NCBI GenBank assembly: GCA_010405405.1
Contig: MU004233.1
Span: 2,148,539-2,212,538 of the forward strand
Reading direction: 5' to 3'
Source of the DNA: Microthyrium microscopicum
Lineage: Eukaryota
Length of the DNA: 64,000 nt
Shown: positions 11,079-23,082 of the stretch, one piece after another
How positions within the stretch are numbered: the first letter of the stretch is position 1
Layout: each line of letters begins with the position of its first letter
The notes under the pieces: model-generated
The model's database searches: none
The model's input: the letters and a program-made list of their open reading frames with translations, nothing else
Told to the model about the DNA's origin: nothing
Made by a program: the position numbers and the translations under genes

Positions 11079-12381
11079 ATAGAATTGTAAGATATTGTGT
11101 TACGAAATTGGAAAGGTGTTATGATTCGCTTCGGTGCTGTCAAAAGCGTGGAGTTGTGCCAGGCCGACCTGACTGGATCTGGGGCAAGGGAGTAGGATCT
11201 GCGTATAATCATCGCTGAAATGCTATCTGTTCTTCTTCTATCAACTTCAGTGAACTCAATGGTTTGAATTAAGTGATAGATGAGTAGTCTAATCTTCTCT
11301 TGGAGTACTCTATTCCTGTCTAAAGATTTTGCTCCAACCGTCTCGCTTGTACGCTCGTGATGTATGTGTCTGCTTGATAGACCGCGAAGGCTTTTAAAAT
11401 CGGTAACAAGGGATAATAATGCAAGATTCAACGAGCTATCTGTCTGACTTCTTTCATGTCGATGAAGAATTGGGGCAATGTGAACTTCTGAAGGGACTTC
11501 ATTTGGTGCACGGATTACATTGCGCTCGAAGCTTCTTTCAGCCACTCTCTACTGCCTAATCGAGCCTAGTATTTTACCCCGTACTGAGGCGCATTACCGG
11601 TTTATCCATGGATGGACGGTCAAAGTGCTTTAGGTTTGACTTTAATTGAGGCAAGGAAAAACTAGAAGTGAAAGTCTACTCATTATGGAGACAAATCGTA
11701 TTCTATACTTGCCCATTTCCATTTAGAGGCTGAAGTTTCTTCGTCTACTGTTGGGATGAGGAATCAAGATTCTCGGCGTTATTTCCTCCAGGTCGCTTTG
11801 AGCAATCAAGTCAAAGGTTAATCTAAGAGATTAACCGTAGGAAGAACGGGTTTAGTGGTTTGTAATGATGCGGCTCGGGCCTCACAACTTTCAAGGTCGT
11901 TTACAGGCCAATATTGGATGCTGGCAATCTTGTACCTGGCAGAGCATCTTTCGAACCTTTCTCACAAATCCCCATTACTATAATGAACTTATACTTGAGA
12001 ATAACAATACTATTCTCGTATTCTTGTGCCTTGATTCAGGGGCGAGATAACATTTTAACAAAATTGGCCCTTACCTCGGATCTTCCATGCTTCAAATTGT
12101 GCTAACGCGGAGATTTCCTGCGAGTGTGTTTGGAACGTGCACCAGTACATACGGGGTCATTGGTGGTTTCATATGCTTTAGAAATTTTAGAGATAATAAT
12201 ATATGACCATTTTAACTTCAGACAAATAAGAATTGAGATGATGATAATGGATGACATAATTAACCGAACTCTTGTCCGGTATACATATTCACTAGACTAG
12301 ACTAAGTTTTTGATCATCCATCAGGATTCAGTTCATTCGCTAGTACACTCATTCTCAAGCTTCGATTTTCACTCGTTCAAG

Positions 12382-13107
12382 ATGCATTCACTCGCTTTAG
12401 TCTTCACCGCTCTCCTTGGAAGCGTTGCTGCGCAATCCACACCAGCCAAAGATGCTGCGACAGGAATTGATTTCCAGTCTTACAGTGCGCCATCAGGATT
12501 CAAATTTGGCATTGCACTCCCAGAATCTGGAGGAGAAGACTTCATTGGCCAAATTGTAAGAGAGCACCTTTTGGCAGCCTGAGATCATTCCTTCAAAGCC
12601 GCGACTAACATGCTCAATTAGGCTGGACCCTTGACTGGCGGCAATGGCTGGGTTGGTATCTCACTTGGTGGCTCAATGCGAGGACCCCTTCTCATTGCGG
12701 CTTGGTCCAATGAAGGCAAATCCATGGGATCCATTAGAAAGGCTACGTAAGTGATACGATCCATCTTTGGCGAAGACGTCTGACATAATCTCAGCTCCTA
12801 TTCCAATCCACCAGTCTACACTGGCGCTTCATCTTTGAAAACCATCGCGGCGGGCTCTACCGCCAACGCTACACACATGACATACACTTTCTTATGCTCC
12901 AAGTGCGTCACTGGTGACGCTCTTAGCTTCTCGGCTTCTGCGCCCACTGCTAAGATGGGTTTTGCCATGTCTTCTGGCAAGGTTGCTAAGGCATCTGATC
13001 CTGCGACCGCCCTCACCTACCATACTGCCGGTAAAGGTCAATATACCGTTGACCTTGCAGGTGCAAAGAAGAGTGGATTTGCTGCTTGGGCTGCAAAGGC
13101 ACAGTAG
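12382..13107 (+). CDS. Secreted stand-alone CDH-type cytochrome (DOMON heme domain, AA8), copy 2
   Basis: Exons 12382-12555, 12622-12746, 12795-13107. The spliced protein has a signal peptide, FGIALP..DFIGQI, GWVGISLGGSMRGPLLIAAW (heme Met), TFLCSKC and LTYHTAG (heme His). Both introns are at the same positions and phases as in copy 1. Confidence 0.9.
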
Positions 13108-13595
13108 TTGACTGTGCAAGGATTGTAATTCAGGGGCTTTTTGCGCATGGGGGAAATTGGAGACCTGGGTAGTGGAGTACTTGTAGATTGCGGTAGAAAC
13201 TATGCCATATGTGGGAAATTTCTGTGGTCTCAGCCAATCGAGTTTTTGATGAACCTAAACTAAACATTTCTGTCACAAGCCAGAAGATCAATATGGTGAA
13301 AGAGTCATGTTAAACCAGCTTTGGATCTAGGGATGCTCCAAGCATTTGCTTCGTTCTCACCTTAACTTAAGCCAAATGATGCAGGCTTGAACCTAACTGG
13401 ACTCAGTGAATATGCCAAAGAAAATTCTCATCAACTTTGCAAGCCTCATGGCGGAGCCAGGCAAGGAAATGAAATAGAAGCTGCCAATATGCCCAATTCC
13501 TAATCCTGAGTATCTGTTCACAATTTCTGCACAGCTAGGACTTCTAAAAGTTCTTATAATGTCTTCTATTCGTATATATTGAGTGTAATGACAGT

Positions 13596-15314
13596 TTACT
13601 CGTCAAGGAGTTTCCATCCTTCCTTCCTGAGCGTTCTAATGAAAAATACCATACCAAGCAAAATGCCCGCTCCTGCCATACAAACGCCAGCCCAGTATCC
13701 GCCTTTCAAGCTATGAACCATTGTGTCAAACCCGTGACCCTTCTTCATCATAACCATCTCCACTGTACCCGCAATACCCAATGCAATTGAAATGCTATAA
13801 TTGACGGTTGTAACCACAAGCGACGCCGCCATACCCTGGTTTTCAGGGGACATGTGATTTGATAAAACAATAGTAGCCGCGGGGAAAGACATGTCCATAC
13901 CAAACGGCATAACAACAATAGAAACAAACATCTGATGCCAGTAGCTCTGATGTACAGGAAGAAATGTAGCGATGATAACGCCAGAAAAGAATGCGATCAT
14001 GCTCAGAAGATTGACAAGAGATACTGGTACATGGCTCAACAAGAATCCTGTCATACCAGCAGCTATGAGCCCAGAAATAGGTGCAGGTGCGTATTGGGCA
14101 GCAACCATCAAAGGTGTTGCATGGCGGACTTGTTGCAGGAAGCGGAATGTATAGAAAAGCCATATCCCAAATGCTCCCCAGCCTAGAGCGACACAAGCGA
14201 GGATGTATGCAACAGTAGAATTGAGATCTCGTACTGGCAGAAGGGGATTTTTGGCTCGCTTTTCGATCCAGGCAAAAGCCAGCATAAAGAACAGTCCAAT
14301 TATGGCGAGAAAATAGACATGTGGCGTGCCCCAACCATAGAGAGGACCGTTTGTAACTGCAACGTTGATGAAGACTAGGCCAGCAACTCCAGTAACGCAT
14401 CCTGCCCAGTCGAAACTTGGTGCCTTCTCTGGTCGCATCGTCACATTCTCCGGAATTATGAAGAACGAGGCAATAAAAAGGGTTAGACACCCCCCTGCAA
14501 ATGACCAGAATATCCAAGGCCACCAAAGCTTTTGGGCAAATAATCCACCAAAAGCTGCCCCTGAGACAAACCCGGCGGGGGCCATCCACCCGAACAGGCT
14601 GAATAGAAGATTCTTCTTCATCCCTGGTGGATATGCGCCTGCTAGTAAAGCCAGTCCGTTCGGTACCAATAGCGCAGGTCCAATTCCTTGCATCGCTCGA
14701 CAAATGTCATAAAGAATCAGGCTATGCGCATATACAGAAAAGCCTGTCAGGGCGCTCCATATAGCAAACCATCCGTAACCGATAGAAAAGATCCGTTTGT
14801 GGCCGATGATATCTCCAAGTCGTCCAGCAATCAAAATGAAAGTTCCAGAGGTCAGCGCATATCCCGCTATTGACCAAGCACCGTGATCATTACGTCCACC
14901 CACTAGTGGGAATGATTTGGCAATGATATCGATGGGGCCCATGGCTTGTGAAAAGGCCGCTTGTGTCATAAAATGCGAGAAAACGATTATGAATACGAAG
15001 AGAACTTCGCGACCAATAGGCATATGTATTCGAGGCTGAGGAGGAGGTGGGCGCGGTGCCTCGAGTCGTTGGCCATCCCAATGGTTCGACTCATAAGGTG
15101 ATAGAGGTGATCCATATGGATCTACGTGGAAAGACTCCAAAGTTTTGACGGGAGTGAGTTCAATCTCTTCCGCAATATCTTCAATGTATTTGAACTTTTC
15201 GATGCTCTTTTCTGTCTTCATGGCTGCGTGTATGGGAGTTTGCTGAATGTGTCTATCCGAAGGTTGGACATATCGCGGGTTTTCCAATTGTTGACGGGCT
15301 TCTGGAAGTGCCAT
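13596..15314 (-). CDS. MFS drug/metabolite exporter (DHA2, ~14 TM, ATR1-like), intronless
   Basis: 572-aa ORF with MFS motif A (GRLGDIIGHKR), RAMQGIGPA, D-W-x-G (FDWAG), GMDMSFPAAT and many hydrophobic helices. Confidence 0.92.
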   Translation of the reverse strand: MALPEARQQLENPRYVQPSDRHIQQTPIHAAMKTEKSIEKFKYIEDIAEEIELTPVKTLESFHVDPYGSPLSPYESNHWDGQRLEAPRPPPPQPRIHMPIGREVLFVFIIVFSHFMTQAAFSQAMGPIDIIAKSFPLVGGRNDHGAWSIAGYALTSGTFILIAGRLGDIIGHKRIFSIGYGWFAIWSALTGFSVYAHSLILYDICRAMQGIGPALLVPNGLALLAGAYPPGMKKNLLFSLFGWMAPAGFVSGAAFGGLFAQKLWWPWIFWSFAGGCLTLFIASFFIIPENVTMRPEKAPSFDWAGCVTGVAGLVFINVAVTNGPLYGWGTPHVYFLAIIGLFFMLAFAWIEKRAKNPLLPVRDLNSTVAYILACVALGWGAFGIWLFYTFRFLQQVRHATPLMVAAQYAPAPISGLIAAGMTGFLLSHVPVSLVNLLSMIAFFSGVIIATFLPVHQSYWHQMFVSIVVMPFGMDMSFPAATIVLSNHMSPENQGMAASLVVTTVNYSISIALGIAGTVEMVMMKKGHGFDTMVHSLKGGYWAGVCMAGAGILLGMVFFIRTLRKEGWKLLDE

Positions 15315-17347
15315 TGTGGTCTACGACCCTCCTACCCCACCTATTCTCCTCTATACTCGCAGTTCGGAACACTAGTAGTGAAGTTAAAATTCTATTTTAG
15401 CTGAAACTTCCCTGGAAACGGTGGTGTACATTTTCGCTGTCTGGGTCAGTGCAGTATGGGTGTTGGTGTAGCCATGTAAGGCACAATGCAAAGAAACGCA
15501 GGTACACTTAACTTTGCATGCGGAGAAGCAGGGATGTTTTGTCGGGAGGTGTTCCATTTGACAGTTAATATATTCTATATTAACCCTGACAGGCACTGTA
15601 AAGTGCTTGTTGGCGCGGCCAGGCTTTGGAGTACGAACACGAGGGGGCCAGCACACAGCGTACATAATTTTTGATTTGCAGAGAATCTCTGACTTGCAGA
15701 CTGATGCGATCACAGCAGGATTCCCACAGCCAGTTATGTACATGTTGTTGCTAGAACTGATTTTGATACCAGCCAAACGGGTCTGACCGGGTGGCTGGAT
15801 TTAGCGATGGCGCTACGCGGTTACTGCCGCTCAACAATACGCTCAGCTGCTGAGCTGAGTGGCGGAGAAGGATTTGCGAAGGCTCCTTCCGCTTGGCTAG
15901 TGGAAAACTCCGTTTCATGTGGAGTTTACAGGGATGTTCCTCGTGGCAACTCGTGTTTATTTCAACTTCGATTTGAACCTGTTTGCCGCTCCATCGTCGA
16001 TTATTCCCTATACATGTTCATGGCAAACATCTAAATCCCACTCCGGGTGCTATCTACTAGCTATATTCCTGAGACCCTTCCAGATGGGCCGTGGTGACGC
16101 TACTTGCTGAACAATTCGTTCCTACATTCTATTAATTCCCATCTTGATAGTCCGCTGCATGTGCAGGTCACAAGTCTACTCTCAAAAGCTCGATACAGCA
16201 TGTTCAAGCTTTTGGCCCAGGCACCAAAACCTCCATGCCATGGAATGGGGTCAAAACACAACTCAGCTTGACTCAGTATCGTATGTATTAGTTCGAGGCA
16301 CTAATCAGACTCTCGGATCCGTAACAAATGGGTCTGTTCATTTGGTTGGTATGCGCACACGAGTCAGGCCGCTCAGGCGTGTTCAACTTAAGTACAAAAT
16401 ACCACCAAAGCCTTTTTAGACTTCTGCGGATGTCAATACGCATCATGGTATATTAGGAAATGGGCATGGTTTTCCTTAGCGGGACCAGTGTGCCATTACA
16501 GCGCATTGCCTGAGTTGCTGCTCGGCCAAATGTGCTTCTACGAACATTTAGAAATTGAAGGACACTTAAGGACAGCGCCTAAATTCTATCTCTAGGTTCC
16601 AGGTACTCAAGCAAACCTGGACTCCCCAGTGTCAATTTTGGTATACCGGAGTCACCACCGCAGCTGGTGCGGGAGCCCTAATCCAGTGATTGTACAGTCT
16701 GCCAATCATCTCGGACCCACAGGCCTCATCGGAGATCATGGCAGGCTTAGGAGCTTTTATTGTCAATCCTGGCTCAAAGTCAACTGCCCCGTGCAGTCTT
16801 GACCTTGCTGTCAAACCATTAGTCCAATCGATCAACACGGAACGTAGATCGACAACCGGGGACTGCTTTGATCTATCGTCGTTGGCACCCCTGGTCCTAG
16901 TAATCTCAGTGATATCCGGTCGATGCTTCTAAGGGGAGTTTTCCGTCTTGAATATTACAAGCACGACTATTGTTGTTAAGTTACCTTTCCAGCAACTTAC
17001 CTCGTGTTCGGAAGACATAACCGTTCGAGATAGCACGGTGATATAGAACATTGATATAATCAATCTCGGTAATCAAACTTCGTCAGCCGCTTGACACAAC
17101 CGATGGGTACACGGAAAATCACTGCCCAGGCACCGAGGATGTCATTTTGCCTCCTGCCAATGAATGTCCTGAAGAATCTTACTTGCTCACTGACTTGCGC
17201 ATCTTCGATTCACGAAGCCATCCGGAAGCCCAATTTAGTTTTCTAGGCAATTGTAGAAGGAAACGAATTCTGTTCTAGAAACGGACTCGTTTAGATCTCA
17301 TCGATCTATCCACCCTTCACTACCTCGTTCTCAATTGTTTAGCCATT

Positions 17348-19457
17348 ATGATCTGGCTGTGGTCGTTGCTTGCCAGTGTGGCATACTCTGCACACGTCAA
17401 CTTCCAGCTCGATTTGACATGGAAAGAGGGATCACCAGATGGCAACAAACGCCAGATGGTGTTGATGAACAACCAGTTCCCTGGGCCTCAGCTAACCTTG
17501 AACTATGGCGATACCGTCCAGGTATGCCCCCTAGTATACCTGGCAGCATTTTCGTTTCACCGGCTAATGTTTTTCAGTTCGTGGTACACAATCGGCTCCC
17601 GTTCGAAGCCACTGTCCACTTTCACGGCATTGAGTACATTCAACTACTGCATCTCTTTGCTTTGGTAACTAATAATAGTATAGTCAACAAGGTACCCCAT
17701 GGTTTGATGGTGTACCCGGTGTATCACAGGATGCTATCCAGCCTGGCACCTCCTTCACCTATGATTGGAATGCTACGTCTCATGGCGCTTACTGGTAGGT
17801 CAAATTTTTCGTCACAGTCTTACTTGTGCTAACACAATCAGGTATCATGCACATAGTCGGGGTCTTATGCAGGATGGCCTGTACGGCGCTATCATTATCA
17901 AGTAGGCTTTGTGTTAATGCATGCAGAATACCTGAGCTAACGATGAAGGCCTCCTCCTGGAGAAGCAAGACCATTTAGCATGATATCATCTGACAGGAAA
18001 GCAGTTGCAGCCATGGAAAAGGCCGAACTAAACTCGCATGTGGTTCTTGTCTCCGACTGGACTCATATCACATCCGAGCAGTGGTTCGCTGCAGAAGAAG
18101 CAAGCAACCTTGATATCTAGTAGGTTTACCTAACTCAATTTGTGACTGAACTAACATTGTACTTTACAGCTGCGTTGACAGCATTCTTATCAATGGTAAA
18201 GGTTCTGTGGGATGTCTCCCGTTGACGTCTCTGAATTCCTTTGTCAGTCCTCATTTGGCTCCGATGCTCAAGTCCGAAAACACGATTTTCTCAGACAGAG
18301 GGTCAGTAGATTATGCACATATAAATTTTCCACATCGCGGCTGTCTAACAATCTGCAGATGTGCTCCAATGACGGCTAAATTCCTCGGTGAAGGAGACTT
18401 CAACGACACAAAGCCAAATACCGTTCCAGAAACCATCATGAATGGATGCAAGACAACCACTGGAAGCCAGGAAGTCTTTCAGGTGGAAGGTGCCGATGGA
18501 TGGGCCAGCTTTCATTTCATCGGAGCAACTGCTTTGAAAATGCCCACGGCGTCAATTGACGAACACCCTATGTGGGTGTATGCCGTAGATGGCCAGTACA
18601 TTCGACCTCAAATGGCTCATAACATCCCATTACGGAACGGAGAACGGTATTCGGTCATGGTGAGACTCGACAAGACTCCTGGTGACTATCAAATCCGGAT
18701 CGCAAACACGCTACCCAACCAGATTCTTTCCGGCTTCGCCAAAATGTCTTATACTGGTGGAAGCAAGAGATTACCTTCCAAGCCTTATATTAATTATGCT
18801 GGAATAAATGTCACCCGTAGCGTAATGGCTCTGGATGAAAACCAGCTTTTGCCTTTCAATGCGCCCTATCCGGCTCAGACTGCAGACGCTACCCACATTC
18901 TCACTCTGGCTCGCTTGGGTCACAATTATAGGTGGACTCTGAACAACAAAACGTCTTACTCGATGGAACTGGAAAAGCACAGGCCTCTCTTGTTTTACCC
19001 GAATCCCAATGGTACCATTCCCGCCGACTTGGTTGTTCGCACCAAGATGAACACTTGGGTCGATATCATCTTTGTTGTTGATGTTGGTGACTCAAACCCA
19101 GCACAACCACCGCATTCAATGCACAAACATGGAAACAAGATGTACTTCATTGGCTCAGGAGTTGGTCCCTTCGTCTGGCCATCTGTTGAGGAAGCCATGA
19201 AAGTGATCCCTCAAAACTTTAAGATCACCAATGCCCCATATCGTGATACTGTTACTACCGCTCAAACTCGCTTTGCGCCCACTTGGATAGCCATGAGATA
19301 TCATGTTGAAAACCCGGGTGCTTTCATCTTGCATTGCCACATGTTGACGCATGTGGAGGGAGGTATGGCGGTTATCTTGATGGATGGTGTCGATGAGTGG
19401 CCCAAGATTCCCGCCGATATTCTTAATGGTGTTTATTCAAGAAGAATTGAGAAATAA
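17348..19457 (+). CDS. Secreted multicopper oxidase, Abr2-like fungal pigment MCO
   Basis: About 6 introns (17522-17577, 17634-17683, 17795-17841, ~17902-17948, ~18120-18169, in-frame 18302-18358). Spliced motifs: HFHGI-QQGTPWFDGVPGVSQ, YWYHAHSRG..DGLYGAI, CVDSILINGKG, QPPHSMHKHGNK and HCHMLTH-x4-M. The HKH motif is typical of the Abr2-like group. Confidence 0.88.
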
Positions 19458-19969
19458 ACATAATAGAATAGTAGAGCTTTCAGCCGCAAACAGCTGAATT
19501 CAATGTACAATATGAATCTTTAAATGCGCACTACAGGCCGCAACTTAGTCTTGTTTTCTTAATTGATCTCTGAATACAGCTAACCGATGGAACATTGGAA
19601 ATCCAGCTTGACTATAGCAAGTGGTGGTGCGATGTAGATTTTCTTTAGCTGTCACAATAACAAGGAACTCGGTGCCCTTGCTGATCGATGCGATTCAACA
19701 CCAAGTAAAGAGGAGCCCATGCTGTAGACTAAAATATGTAAGCAGTGAATTATATTATTACAGCCCCTCAACTAATATTCATTTGACACCAAGCTCATAA
19801 TTTCTGTACGAATATAGCTGTGCCAGGCTGCCAGGGAGCACTTTAGTTCCTTACATCACTTTTTTTCGAAGATGTTGTGAGAAGTTGCTATGGTCTTCAT
19901 ACTGCAATTGCAACATTGAGTTTCAATATTCCCACTTTGCGCTTTCGACGTTCGATTACAGGATTCAGC

Positions 19970-21716
19970 ATGAAGATACTGCTTCTGAGCGTATTGCTTG
20001 GCTCTGGTAAGTAGAATTAGCATTCTTTAGCCTCTTAAACCCCTAGCAGGTGATTGTGGAAATATTGTTAACAAACTCGATAGCTTATGGCGCTGTAAAC
20101 AAAAAGTGTCCAGCTTCGAATATATGCTCCAGTATAAGCATACCTGATTCGGCCGCATCGTCTGGAAAAAGCGATGTCTTCTTACAAATCACTGGCCCCA
20201 CAAGCTACTCATGGGTATCGGTCGGCACTGGCACTGGCATGTCGGGTTCTACAATGTTTGTTATATACACTTCCAGCAGTGGAAACAACATTACACTTTC
20301 CACACGCAAAGGGTCGGGTCACAGCACTCCAGAGTATGACTCGAGTGTCAAAGCTACTTTGATAGACGGCTCTGGCGTATCGAATGGAGTTATGACTGCC
20401 AACATCAGATGTTCTAGCTGCAGCACATCTCAGTCAAATTGGATCTTTGGTGCCTATCAAGGCAGCGCATTGAACTCAGATAGCCCAGCTGCCAGCATTC
20501 GGAAGCATCAGACCACGTATGGTACATTCACCTTCGACCTTTCACAAGCCAAGGGTGGCGCATCTACAAATCCATTTGCTGAGAGAGGAAGTAGCTCAGG
20601 CAGCAGCGGAGGTAACACTTCTCCCACGCCAGTGGATGGTTGTGGAAATCGTGCAAACAATGACCCAAGTGCGACCACTGGCAATGGAGCTGGAAATGGA
20701 GCTGGATCTGGAGCTGGAAATGGAGCTGGATCTGGATCTGCTTCGGACTCAAGTTCTCCTGTAGGCTCAGGATCCAGTACCGGCTCAACTTCAGCTTCGG
20801 GACCTAATATTGGCGGAAATGGTGAAGCTGGTGGAGTTCCGTCCCATGGACATGGTCCTCCATGGGGAAACGGGCCTCCACCTTGGGTTAAAGGCCCGCC
20901 GCATGGTCCGCCCTGGCTACGACCAACCTCTCCACCACAAGTAACCAAGAGACAAGCTACAAACTCGTGTCAGCCAGGAAGCAATAATAATGGCAACAGC
21001 AACAGCAACAGTGGTGGAAATGGCAATAGTGGCACTGGAACCAGCAGCAATGGTAGCAGCAATAATGGAAATATCAACAAAGACGTTTCTACGGGTGCCT
21101 CGACCACTAACAGATTAGGATATACTAAGGAGCAAAGTAAGCTTCTTGCACATGGCTTACTTGCTGGTTTTTCATTTGCAGTATTCTTTCCACTTGGAGC
21201 TACTGCTATTAGGTTATTCAGTTTTGCTGGATTAGTGGCAGTTCACGGATATTTCCAAGTCTTCACGATGATTGTCTTCACTATCGCCTTTGCCCTGGGA
21301 GTTACCATAGCTGAAGATTTAGCCTACGTGAGTCCATCATTGGAGAACATCTATGTTACGACTGACGAGTAAAGTTTTAGATGCGCGATCCTCATATCGT
21401 ACTTGGTATTCTCGTGTTCACACTGCTTTGGATACAGCCTATACTAGGATACATGCATCATCGGATGTTCCGACAAGAGCAAAAGCGGACTCTATGGTCT
21501 TATGGACATATTTGGCTTGGTAGAACAATGATCACCCTTGGAATCATTAATGGGGGTCTTGGTTTTCTTTTAGCCCAGAACACCACGAAAGGAGCCAGAG
21601 GATATGGCGTGGTGGCAGGAGCTCACTGGTTAATCTGGATCATTTCTATTTTCATCGGAGAGAAAAGACGAGCTCGCTTGCAGCAAGGAGACAAGCAAAG
21701 CCGCGGTCGTGGGTAA
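19970..21716 (+). CDS. DOMON (heme) + cytochrome b561 integral membrane redox protein
   Basis: Exons 19970-20006, 20084-21327, 21381-21716. Signal peptide MKILLLSVLLGSAYG. DOMON domain with SWVSVGTGTGMSGS (Met), CSSC and IRKHQ (His). A long G/S/N/P linker follows, then b561 helices with conserved His (LAHG, AVHG, DPHI, MHH, GHIWLGR). Confidence 0.9.
20682..20739 (+). repeat. In-frame 12-bp tandem repeat (GNGA/GSGA units) in the DOMON-b561 linker
   Basis: AATGGAGCTGGA / TCTGGAGCTGGA units repeated about 4-5 times, encoding GNGAGNGAGSGAGNGAGSGS. Confidence 0.8.
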
Positions 21717-23082
21717 CGACAGCAAGCGAGTACCGCGGTCGAATGGAAGTATCTGCGAATAACGACAAACAGCTATACGGAGAACGTTTTATCTCATTTT
21801 TAACCTAGGCAGACGGATTGAACAATACGAAGCTGAGGTGTGCTGATGCTATGGATATACGGGTTGGTCGTTGACGGGGCAAGGATCCAAACTGACAAAG
21901 TCGTACAATTTAATATGAAAAACTTGCTTTATCATCTTCTCCGAACCTGATGAGGATAATAACCAGATACAAAGATTTGAACCATCCCCCGAAGCTAGGC
22001 TCTATTTCCTCTATTAGCTGAGCAATTGTGCAGTGTTGAGCCGTATATGGACCATACAACTCAAATGCTTCATTTTGGTAAAGTTTTAGTTATTACATCC
22101 ATTTCAAGAGGACAGCATATAATGATTTGTGGGGGCTGTTTATCTAACGACAAGTTTAGTCGCAATTCTAGACTTGAAGTTGTGGGCATATCAGCATTGT
22201 GGTGACCATAACAAACCCCTGATTAGCACGGAGTACTAGGACAGAAATGCAGGCAAATACCGATCAGAGCTTGCAATTATTGACATACAGGCATCTGTGG
22301 CCAAGATTCGTACCATGAAACGGTTCCATCCGTCGCCAGCATGGTCGGAAAGTTATAATATCAGACTAAATGTAGATCAGGGCTTCAGGGACGGGGCAGA
22401 ACCGCCCAGCAAATATACCCAGTCGCTAGGATGTCCAAAATGGATTTCCCCGAAGTTATAACTAGCAAAACACCCTAGTCGTTTGTGATATCGGTTGCTG
22501 CCACTCATACTTATGTATCTGTGGTATGTACGCCATAACATCGCTAAACCTGTCAATTTCGATATACAACCATGCGTATTGGATTGATAGCAGCTATCTT
22601 ATCTCTGCCCACGTCATCAGACAAATACTTCTCGAAATGCAAGGTATGCAAAGACTATAAGGTGTTTTATACGCGTGGAGTACACTACCGGTTTTGAAAA
22701 TCCCAGACTAGGTGTTCAAATCAATTGGGTGGCCGCCGACGATGTTGTTCAGGTCACTATACGGAATTATATCCAAGCGATTATCAACGTATGCTCAGCT
22801 TGGGCTTTCGCCAATGGATTACCAAGTATGAGACTTAATCTTATCCTTCTTAGATTAGAAGTCTTGAAATAGGATAGAATTAGAACTGCCAATTTAGTAC
22901 AGTTCCAGAAGTTTACTTAAACAAGGTACGATGAATTGAACGATCTTACAATAGCAGCATTTCGTCAGACGGCATCTTATTCCGGTACTACTTCAAAACC
23001 TCGAGACTTCCCGTTATAACTTCTACTCTTTAGATTATGACCCATTACATGTTGGGTGTGTAATTCTCCAATATAGCCCATC

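Noticed and set aside
10904..11545. 213-aa minus-strand ORF and other antisense or overlapping ORFs in the track (e.g. 13843-14703, 2254-2850, 40600-41178)
   Set aside because: These are shadow ORFs overlapping well-supported genes, with no domain features.
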